Positions 1 to 10,384 of a stretch of 64,000 nucleotides of DNA are shown here, piece after piece (the first letter of the stretch is position 1; each line of letters starts with the position of its first letter). The DNA is taken from the NCBI RefSeq assembly GCF_032062105.1, contig NW_026928013.1:1-64000 (forward strand), written 5' to 3'. This DNA is from Saccostrea cucullata. Taxonomy: Eukaryota. A program made the translations under genes and the position numbers. The notes under the pieces were generated by a model, which was not told the DNA's origin, ran no database searches, and was given only the letters and a program-made list of their open reading frames with translations.

Positions 1-902
1 TAGTTTGATCCAAGCTCTAAAGTTTTACCTTGACCATAGCTTTTGAATGGTTGCTGCTTGGGCCTTTTTTATAATACAGGTACAGGTATATTCCTTGTGG
101 CAAGCCTTCTCTTTGGGTACCAACAATTTTACCCTTTGACCATGATCTAAGAGTTCGGCCTCCTTTTGAACAAAATTAAACTTGTGCATGTCTTTCGAAC
201 AATTGTTGCTATAGGACCTTCATATATCAAGTTTATTCCTTGTGACGACCTTTTCTCTAGCACCACAAATTTTGACCCCTTGACCTTGTCCTCCTTTTGA
301 AAACTTTAACCTCAGAACCTTTAAAGGGTTACTGCTAGTGCTTTCTTATTTCACGCACGCTTTTATGTCCCCGTAATCGAAAATTCGGGGGTATATAGTT
401 TTTGTTGTGCACGTCCGTCTGTCTGTCTGTTTGTCCGCAAAAACTTTAACCTTGCCCTTAACTTTTAATTTAGTGGAGCTATGACTTTCATATTTCACAT
501 GTGTATTCCTTGTGACAAGACCTTTCTTTCTGGTACCTTCAAATTTGATTTGACCTGGGAGTTGGACACACTTTTACACAAAAATTCCAAACTTTTACTT
601 TGGCCATAAATTTTGAACGGTAGATACATGCACTAGGACTTTCAAACTTCACATATGTAATCATTGTGACAAGAAACCAACAACTTAGACCCTTTGACCT
701 TGGAGTTTGACCTTCCTTTTAAAAACTTATCATTGGCCATAACTTTTGAACAGGTGGTGCTAAGGCTTTCATATTTACAACTGTATTTCTTGTGAGAAGA
801 CCCTACTTTGGGTACCAATATATTCAATTTGATTTTAAGAAAAGTTTAATCTTTGCCATGTTGCCATACGGGGGCATTAGTGTTTCACAAACACATCTTG
901 TT
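1..902 (-). mobile_element. Helentron/HINE-like non-autonomous element(s) with internal diverged tandem repeats
   Basis: Recurring motifs ccataacttttgaa, ttccttgtgacaagacc and ttgaccttg. GTCY microsatellite at 412-438 after ttttatgtcccc (361). Terminus ggggcattagtgtttcacaaacacatcttgtt at ~870-902. This layout is typical of bivalve Helentron-associated repeats. Confidence 0.65.
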
Positions 903-2231
903 CTGTAGACAAATTGACAAAAACGTTTCTTTGTATCATTAGTTTTTTTTTAATCTCTACCCTCGTACAACCCTTTGTGGAGAACGTATGATGAACCAAA
1001 TATAATGATAAGAGAGACTATTATACTGCTTATAACGGGTTTATTTTAAATAATACAAAGTTAACAGTAACATTGATATCGGTATATAAACAGTCATAAC
1101 AAAACTAAACGTGTCATAGGAAGTGGCATCTTAGATTAACGCTAGAATGCCTCTCACGTATGTTCTAATTAATTTTTCAGGCCCAGTAAGTGTATTAGTC
1201 AATTCAGACAGGGACAATATTTCCTACTTCAAAGCTTCACAATAAAACAAAACCTTTTTTTTTGTTTAGGTGATATTACCGCATTCTTCCCTGTGGAAAT
1301 GATGTAAATACCAGTTTATTTCTCTATGGAAAGGGGGGTTCAATCACTACCATTTTTCTCACTTTATTGAGTTTATTCTGAAGAAAAGGATTTGCAAATA
1401 CATGTATTTTTTTTTTGAACAGTTATATTTCTAAGATATTTTTGGTGATAATTTAAACAATAAAATTTTTTTTCTGGAAACAATGTTCACAGTTATACTA
1501 ATAACAAACCTTTTATTGTTTATATTCATATCTGTTTAAATAATAATTTAAAGTAGGATTAAAAAGATTAATAATTATTGTATTAATGATACGAATGTCT
1601 TTATACGTTTCATTGATGGAACAGCCACTGATCAAGAAATCTGTACAGGCGACATGCCTATTGTAGTTCATGCAGTGATTAACGCAATGGGTTTTCTTAA
1701 GAAATAAAGGAGAAAATATTTAGTGGATGTAAATATTAGGTAATATTGTGCAGAAGGTTTAAAGAAGAAGTCAAAAACGTAACAAATTAGCGGACATTTC
1801 AAAAAAAATTTTCACAAGAAAAGCTCTCCTGTGCTTTCTACTCAGATGAGCAAATACAAAAAAAATAAAATTAACATATCTGACGACTGTCTTTAGTCTG
1901 CAGTGTGAAACAAAACAAAAAAAGTATCAGTTGCTGCAGCAACCAAATTTAACAAAGCAAATAATAGTCTAAACACAAACCAGATTCTTTCTTTTCTTTT
2001 GACTACAGAAGAAAAACAATAAAATATCAACAACAACAAAGCCCATCATCTAAATCTGAATGATGGCACTAGTTTAAATATAACCCTTGTTGATTTTTTA
2101 ATTTATTATAATTAATTTTTGGAATGGTAATATACCTTTCTCCCCATCCTTTGGAATTTTTTTTGGCAGGTCCTATATTTGGTCAAAACTTTGGTCAATA
2201 CTTAGTCTACTGAATCTATATTTGGTATAAA

Positions 2232-5200
2232 TTATCCAGGTTTGGTATGAGAAACTGGAGAAGATTGCTCCTGCAAATCATCTGGTTTACTTTTGCTGTA
2301 TGCAATAGGCAACACTGCATTAGGATTGACATAATCCGTTAGACCACTCATGTTGAAGCCGCTGGCCATGGCTCCATTGCTGTAGAAGTGAAACAGCATC
2401 TGGCTGTCCATGTAGACACTCTCTCGCTCCATCTGCTGTTTGTTGGGGGTGGTGGGGGTGTAGTAAGGAGGGGCGATGTATCCGTCATAAGCACCATACA
2501 CACGACAGGGGGGATCGTACTCACCATACAGTAGATGAGGAGAGAGCTGGTGATAGGGGTATCCAGAATAGGGGGTATGGTCTGGATTAAAAAAAATATT
2601 ATACCTTTAATTGTTGTGCAATAAATTTGCTAAAATTGCAAAAAATAGCATGAAATAAAGTTATCAAATTTCTTTTGAATAATAAAGTAACTCTAGCATT
2701 ACTTATTTTATCTCCTAATATAACCTTGTAAAGATCGTTTCAGATGAAAATAAAGATGAATTCAAAATTAAATCACTTATACTCTGTTATTGCTGTCAAT
2801 GGTTTTAGATATCATCCAGACACTTAAGCGTTATATACAGAAAGAATGACAACTAAACATATAAACTCAAATTTATAATATCCCCTCTTTGAACAAATGC
2901 AGGGGACAAAAATATTAAAATTCTGAAATTTTAATATCTATATCTTTTTTCTATTCTCATTAAAGTATGGTGGCTCAAAAATGTAATTTCATTATGGGAC
3001 ATTTAATGCCTTGATAGTTAAAGGAAACACAGACTTTTTAGTACTAACCTAGCCCAGAGAAGTTATTTTCTTTCTTTGTGACTTTCAGGGCTTCAATAGA
3101 GGGCAGCACAGTCTGAGGTTTCTGGACATGACTGTATTCCTCTGTTCCTGACTGGATTCGGATCCTTTTCACTGGGAACTGGCTTCCATTTCCATCCACC
3201 AAATCTGAGGGGAAAATACAAATTCAACTTATTCAAAGAAGAGCAATGCGTAAAATAGATCCTTGTTAAACTGTAAAAGAAAAACTTACCTCTTTTGAAA
3301 CCTGTCTGTTTAGACTCTTCATTGCTCAATTGTCTACAAAATTAAAATTAAAAAAATCTATCATATGGGGTGCCATTTTGGTATTTACTGCCAAAAAGTG
3401 ATATCATCTATTCGAATAAGTGATATCACCTATTCAGATTTTGAAAAGGTGATATCACCTATTCGAATAGGTGATATCACCTACATGAATAAGTGATATC
3501 ACCTATTCGAAAATGTGATATCACTTATTCGAATAGGTGATATCACTAATTTGAATAGGTGATATCACCATATCATTTTGAATAGACGATATCACTTATT
3601 TGAATAGGTGATATCACCTATTCAAATTATTTTTGAAATAACAACAGCTCCCAAGAATATAGGTCCCTAAATCTTATTTACTTTCACTTTCGTTTTACAA
3701 CTCATCATTCTAGGAGACAATAGATTACAGTTTTGCTTTTAATTTTAATCAACCCCAATAGAAATTGTAGTTTGTTTTGCTCACAAATTAATTTATTTCA
3801 CTTATCTATCATGTACACTTTAAGAAAAATTGGAAAAACGCATGAAAACTGGGTAGTCCGAATTTTCTTGGTTCCAGTGGTAATCTATACATTATAGGGA
3901 GCATTCATTATTTATTTGTTGTAAGAAATTCAAATAGGTGATATCACCTATTCGAATTGGTGATTTCACTAATTCAAATTGAAAAGGTGATATCACCTAT
4001 TCAGCACAAATAAATGATATCACTTATTCGAATAGGTGATATCACCTATTCGAATAAGTGATATCACCTTTTTGAATAGGTGATGTCACCTATTGAAAAT
4101 GAATAGGTGATATCACCAATTCGAATAGGTGATATCACTTTTTGCCAGTAAATACCAAAACGGCACCTCATAGTATAATCATCTTCAATTTTGTATTTAT
4201 ATTTGTTCTAAATTATATACATGTAATAAACACCACAGTATATCATCTAGTCTTCAGACTTACTCTGAGTCTATAGATGACGTCACTATGTTGGACTCCC
4301 CTGGGGACATTGGTACTCTGGTAGATTTTCCTCCTTTTTCACATCTCTTCCCATTTCTACCTATTCCCTCAATTAAAGGACCTTTTGTCATCAGTTCAGC
4401 TATCTATCAACAAAACAAATAATGTATCGTTACTTATGTACTTGTATCATCATACAAATTCATCTACATGTACCATTTGTACCATACAATCATGTGATAA
4501 GCTGTAGAAATGAAAGCAACATTTTGGCATCTTTTCTTTTAAAAAAGTACTTAATAAGCAATGTAGAAGTACCTGATTTTGAAATTCCTGGGGCAGTGAT
4601 TCATTAACAAGTTTCAGATACTCTACACACATTTCCAGTATGGAAGCCATGTCTGTTTTGCGGCCCCTGACGTAAGGTAACAAAACTCTCAACTGGTCAC
4701 AGCTGTCTTTAATTCGTTCTCTACATAGAGAATTGGAATAGAATTATAATTCCTCAGTGATACATTTCCAATGTTCATTCTTAAGAATTTCAGTGGAAAT
4801 AATATAGAACCATTTCTTATCAATATTATTTATTTTACCTTCTAACTTTCTCCTTTGTTGTGTGGTCAATAGCACTGCTATTCCTAGGTGGTTTGTTTTG
4901 TCTTAGTTTGGGTACCATGGCTTTAAGTTGAGAAAATGACGGCAGTTGCACTGAGCACTTGTTTAAAGTCTGGTTAAATGCAGGGGATTCTATACCACTG
5001 TCCAAAGATATCCTGCCAAATGTAAAACAAAAAGTGCAAAAGTCGTCTGCTTTGTGCACTGTTGAAATAAACTATACACGTATAGTCAATTTCATCTTTG
5101 AAATTGATAACTTTAGAAATAAAACTGCATCGTGCATGCATATTTCAAATGCATCTTTATTTATCACTGGTATTTCTTACGCCACACTAGATCCGTCCCC

Positions 5201-8200
5201 ACTTTCGGAGGCAGGTGTGGATGGTGTTGTCGGAGTCGCAGGGGTTGATGGCGTTGCCGGTTCTGAAAATTCTGGAGGTTCACTCTCCTGTGTATCTTTC
5301 GTGTCCACTAAAAATCGTTTTTGAAAATTATTTGATTTTCTTTTTCACTTTTTTAAAAGATTTCTTTCCGTTTATAATTTTTTTAAAGGGTGGAGTGGAA
5401 GGGGGTGATATGTGCGCCATGTTATTATTTATGGATTCTTCATTCTGTGTAAAATTGTTTTATAATTTTTAATTTGACTTCATACGTAAAATCTGCTGTC
5501 AATTGTTTAGAGGACACACCTGTAGTGATTTGTGTTGACGTCCAGTTCGTGTATTTCTCACGTACGTCTTTGTTGGTAACAGGATGGAGAATTATTTCAT
5601 CGATTCCATGTAATCTCAAATCAGCTAAAATCATCAAAAAAAGTAGTTTCGTCTACAGAATATTGCTATAATAAAGATTAGGCAAAGACTAGATGACACA
5701 AAGCTGACGTTTTCTGAGAGAGACCTACCAACAGCTGAGCCATCAGATACGCCGATGATGACGGTTCCTCTGTTGCAACTACTTGCATACCTAATAAAGA
5801 ACATATTACTGTTCACTTAAAATTATATATACATGTTGTATTTTTTCAAAACCATTTTAACCAAGTCTACAAACTTTCTCCAAGAAACATTTTCATACCG
5901 AAAAATGCATCTTAATGTCACAGATCTGTAGCTCGCTGGTTCGAAAAAAATTTGGATAGACGACCATATATATTTTTTTTCTGTGAGCTACAGTTCTGCA
6001 GCTTCTTTATTTTTTATTACATTTTATTCATTTAAATCCCCTGAATATTACATGAATGAGAGTCGAAAAAAGCTTTAGGAATACACATCATACCAGACAA
6101 CGGTCTAAAGTAAGTACCAAGCAAAAAACTGCTTTGTGGATTTCAAAATGAAAAGAGCTAGGAAACGAACTAGCTATTCATTGAGCCCATCACAGCATAT
6201 CAAAATTTCTGAATGGAAGTATTATTTCATCACAACAAGTCCCCCCCCCCTTTTTTTTGTTGCTATAATCAGGAAATCTAAAGTTCTGGTGAAACGACAG
6301 GACATCCAAAAACTCGGATTAGGGTATGGTCACGGGAATCGTTTAATTTCGGTAAAGAAGTTGTATGAACTGCTTTCTTCGAGGCGCAGAACAAATCAGA
6401 ACAGCACATATTACTCCAAGCAAGATACTAGTATACGAAATAATTGTAAATAATAGTTTGTGACATTCACTAACGTGTGTCTGTCAGGGAAATGGGCGAA
6501 AACCAAAGTACCGCATTTTACTGTACGGAAAAAAGCATTTAGAACAGGCACATTGTATCGGGGGGAGGGGGGGGTGTTGCAAAGAGGTTTTTTTACTATT
6601 GAAAATGTTTATTGAAAGGCTGGTTGCTCAAGCCCATCCCCTACCCCAACCCAACCCCTCACATAGTTTTTTTGTGGCAATATAGTCAATATTTAGGATG
6701 ACTTGGTATTCTGCATTTTGTTATGAAAGAAGTTGGAACCTATCCCCCACCCCCTCCCACAGGAAATAGGACTTTCGAGTTTGGACAACCCCTTCTTGTT
6801 TTTTGTTTGTTCAAGCTTCCCCCTCCCTACACGCACACGGGCTTTGAAAAAAACAATACTACATACCTTTTGAAATAATTTTGTAACTCAATTACGTTAA
6901 TGATACAAAAGATATTCCACTGTGTGTATCTTTAAAAAGCATCCAATTTTAGTGTTCCGTTGTCCATGCTTCAAGTTTACATCACATGATAAGCAGTGTA
7001 ACAAAGACTTTACAGATTAAAAGAATTACGTATACTTTAAATGTGGAAATTTCACCCCAAGAAAACCACTGTCAACCGAGGCGCAGCCGGGGTTGACATG
7101 GTTTTCGAGGGGTGAAAATTTTCAATGTTACACTCAACTACATGCAATATTTATTATATTATATTGAATGTTTTATATAAATACATATAACAGAGAACCG
7201 TGCGCGCATAAATTCTGCGCAGTCGCTATTTTTTGGAATATCACCCGTCGTCAAGCAATGTTGACTGTTGCTAAGCAGGAGGGCGTGGCTTCATTATTCA
7301 GCGGGTAATAGTGTTTTTTAACAAATGTTTCTCGACGAATCAGATTCAAGTAATTTACATGAAAGTATAATATACTTATGTTTAATATTACTCTGCATCG
7401 TTTATGGTTCATAGGAAAACGATTTTTAAGAAAACTCCCATCAGTCATATACTATTGCATTATAAGCCCTATATTCCTACCGGATGGAGGTGGTGAGACT
7501 AAGGACTCCCTGGGCCACAGGCATGTCAATGAGCACCCAGATCAGGAGGTAACACTGCACGTTACAGGCCTCGAACGCCTCCTCCAGACGACATACCCTC
7601 ACCTCGTGGGCCACCGTCTGGTTAGAGATCATGCCCTTCAGGTTTTCTGCCTGCGGTCCCTCTCCAACCACTAGTGACATCAAGCCCATTCCAGGGGCCT
7701 GAAATGAAATAAAGTGTATTGACTGGAAAAACTAGTGACCCAGATTCCGTCCACTTGCCAACAGCAACGAAACTCGCCTTGAGACGAACACCTGCACTGT
7801 ATTTTTATGGAGGGCTGATCGTACCATTAAGCTTAGCAAGACTAGGACCACTGCTTGTCTTAAAGCAAATAAGAAAGGACAGATTATCAATGGGAGATAT
7901 ACAACTTACTGTTAGACAAAAGTCCAGGTGGACTTGAATCTTTTTGATGGTCACCTCGACACCCTAATTAAAATTATGAATACATAGCTTTTCATTCATA
8001 CATGCACCTACCAAATCTGAGAGTTCTTCGATAGGGAAAGTTGCGTCGTCTGGTGGGTTATCATTATATATGGAGATGTCATCGAAGCCGAGGAAGGCTT
8101 CAGGACCAATGTTCAGGTCGATCTCGTCACCATTATTATCGCCGCTTACATCGTCAAGGGACGACGATGACACAATTTCATCTGTTTCTTTGTCTTTCTC

Positions 8201-8299
8201 CTTCTCAGAACTCGAAACATCCAGTTTATTTTCTGTTTTGGGGGTTTTGGACCGTCCTTTACGCTCGTTTTTTCGCTTGCCTTTTCCCACAGGTTTCAT
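2232..8299 (-). CDS. SOHLH2: SOHLH2-like spermatogenesis/oogenesis bHLH transcription factor with N-terminal pseudo-receiver domain (~621 aa, 12 exons)
   Basis: Exons 8299-8012, 7963-7910, 7698-7481, 5790-5729, 5624-5520, 5307-5181, 5012-4839, 4720-4573, 4403-4264, 3333-3290, 3204-3049, 2581-2232. All GT-AG, phase-compatible, 1866 nt total. The bHLH HTTKEKVRR-ERIKDSCDQLRVLLPYVRGRKTDMASILEMCVEYLK closely matches the SOHLH2 bHLH as I recall it (HSSKEKLRRERIKYCCEQLRTLLPYVKGRKND). Confidence 0.85.
3364..4172. mobile_element. MITE/foldback element with ~40-bp TIRs and subterminal arrays of a 22-bp palindrome
   Basis: Left end tatggggtgccattttggtatttactgccaaaaagtgatatc; right end reverse-complements to tatgaggtgccgttttggtatttactggcaaaaagtgatatc. 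About 10 copies of GAATAGGTGATATCACCTATTC-like units per arm (3398-3625, 3932-4140). The terminal TA may be the target-site duplication. Lies in SOHLH2-like intron 9. Confidence 0.85.
7044..7125. repeat. Long imperfect inverted repeat (hairpin), probably part of a non-autonomous transposon
   Basis: tttcacccc..gaaaacca.tgtcaacc pairs with ggttgacatggttttc..ggggtgaaa around a short GC-rich loop. Intronic. Confidence 0.7.
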
Positions 8300-10384
8300 T
8301 TTTTTACTCTCAGCTTTGTCCTAATACCGTCATGGCTATTCAATATCGACCAAGGTCAGCTATTTGTATTTTATACAAAAACAACTCCCGTTGGAGCCTC
8401 ATTGTTCAGTGATTGGGCAGCGCTTGACACTCGTGTCCTGAATGTATTCGAAATGTTATTCCGCTGTGTGACACCCGACATTTAACATTATAACGGTGTC
8501 ACACGTGTGATACGATAAGCTTTATACTACTGGAATTTATACAGGGCCTGTTGAAAGTGAAAAGCTCATATCATACGAGTTAAAAAGAAAGTTACCATAA
8601 TATTTTCTCTTTTTCATTATCATTCGAATATAAAGATCTCACAAAGATATATATATTCATTAATGAGGTTCCTACAAACATTTGAGGAAGTGGAATGAGT
8701 AATCAGCGGTCGATCATATTCCTTATTTCGCTGCTTCCTCCAGAAAATAAAGACTTTGAACAACTGAAATGCCAATCCAATGATTTCATCCTATATATTT
8801 ATAAATCTTTATTGTTAGTCGTTAATTACTTAGAATGGTTACATGCAGACATATGCAAACTACTCATTGGACTTTAAAAGCGTACCATAATCTTTGAACT
8901 ACTAGAGTTCAGTGTTGATGCCACAGGCAGTCAGACAATTTCTACATTTACTGCAAGATGTGAGTAGTTTTGGGCACAGAAATGTTTACCACTGCTTATA
9001 CATGTAACGTGAAAAACTTCTTTTGTTGGAGGTATGGGGACGACTATATAATATAGGACTCACCCTGTATTTAGGTTTCTTTGGTAGAAGTTTTCGTTTC
9101 ATCTTGATGATGAATGGGTAGCTGACCAGCAGTCTCTGTACAACTTTCAAAATCTCCTCCCCGGGCCTAAAGTCTGAGCTGAAATAGAGAGGCGGATCAA
9201 ACAATATGTCAAAACGTTTGATTAAAAGAAAGAATAAATATACATGTACATGAGATCTTCATTTGTAATTTTTTTCACCATCATGCTTACATCTTTGAAT
9301 AACTGCTTCAGGTCATAAGCGTATTATATAATTTCATTTTTTTAAATGAAAATAATTCTTGATATTTTCAACAATTTACATAATTTGTTTTGCCCTCTTA
9401 CTTTTTTAAAGATACCTGTATATTAATGATTCTGTTACAAAAATTTCAAATACCCTCAGAATGCGAGCAGTTATCTAGATATGATGATGCTAAAATAAGT
9501 GAAAAAAAATACTTCGTAAGTACACATCAAGAAAATCCTTTCAGTTTTGTTGTATCTTCATTATTACAAGTTCTTACTTATTCCTTCATTCATCTTTGTA
9601 AAGTCACAGTCTTTCTGGTAGATGTATAAAACTCCACTAACCTCGGTTTCTTACGCCTTTGCACGGGTAATGCGAAATCCATCGTGCGTACTTCTGTCAA
9701 AATGCCGTTCAGAAAGAAAACGAAGGGCGCTATTCATTTACAACATCATAAATAAGAAGTTTTCTTTCAAAAATGTTTCATTGACTGAAATTTGTCTAAA
9801 CTCTCTGTGATCTTGGTTCACGTGAAAACATGTCCAGGCATGCCGATCGCGATTCAGAGTATGGGAATTCCTTGGAACACCCCTGTTCTATTTATAGACG
9901 GAGAACTTTTCATTTGCACGAAACTCGTGTACGCCCTATAGGTAAGTATTTTGTCTTTAATTATTGAACTTCGTTTTTCAAATGAGAACATGTCACTAAA
10001 CAATTTTCACAACCTTGGTATCAAACTTACAAGACACTAATTCGATTTAACACTTTATTCTCAAATTACAGTTTAATTTGCATAAAATTCGATATCGTAA
10101 GATACGTGTATAGATAAATAATTAAATATTTTTAAATTTTAATCTGTAAACTCTCTTAAAAAATCAAGGAAAAATACATAAATTTAGCATTGTCTTATTT
10201 GAAAAGTACTCCACATTAAGCTAATACTGAAAAAGAAAAGAGAAGTTTAACAAACATCTATCGATACTTGGAATAAAATGTTTTTTATTCGACATACGAG
10301 TCACCAATTCAAAAACTTAATGTTTGCGTAAGTAGAAGGAAATATTTCTATCAGAATTTTGTGAGTAGTTTTTTGTTATCCAGA

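Noticed and set aside
3398-4140. CRISPR-like array of palindromic repeats
   Set aside because: No unique spacers and no cas genes. The context is a eukaryotic intron and the repeats lie inside TIRs.
5899-6210. Apparent degraded receiver-domain exons (ILICCDG, KEAAEL) on the minus strand
   Set aside because: They contain in-frame stops, and the intact exon 7698-7481 already supplies this part of the domain in the correct phase. Treated as chance similarity.
5520-7698. Bacterial contamination or recent horizontal transfer as the source of the receiver-like domain
   Set aside because: The domain is split by spliceosomal introns and joined in frame to an animal bHLH.
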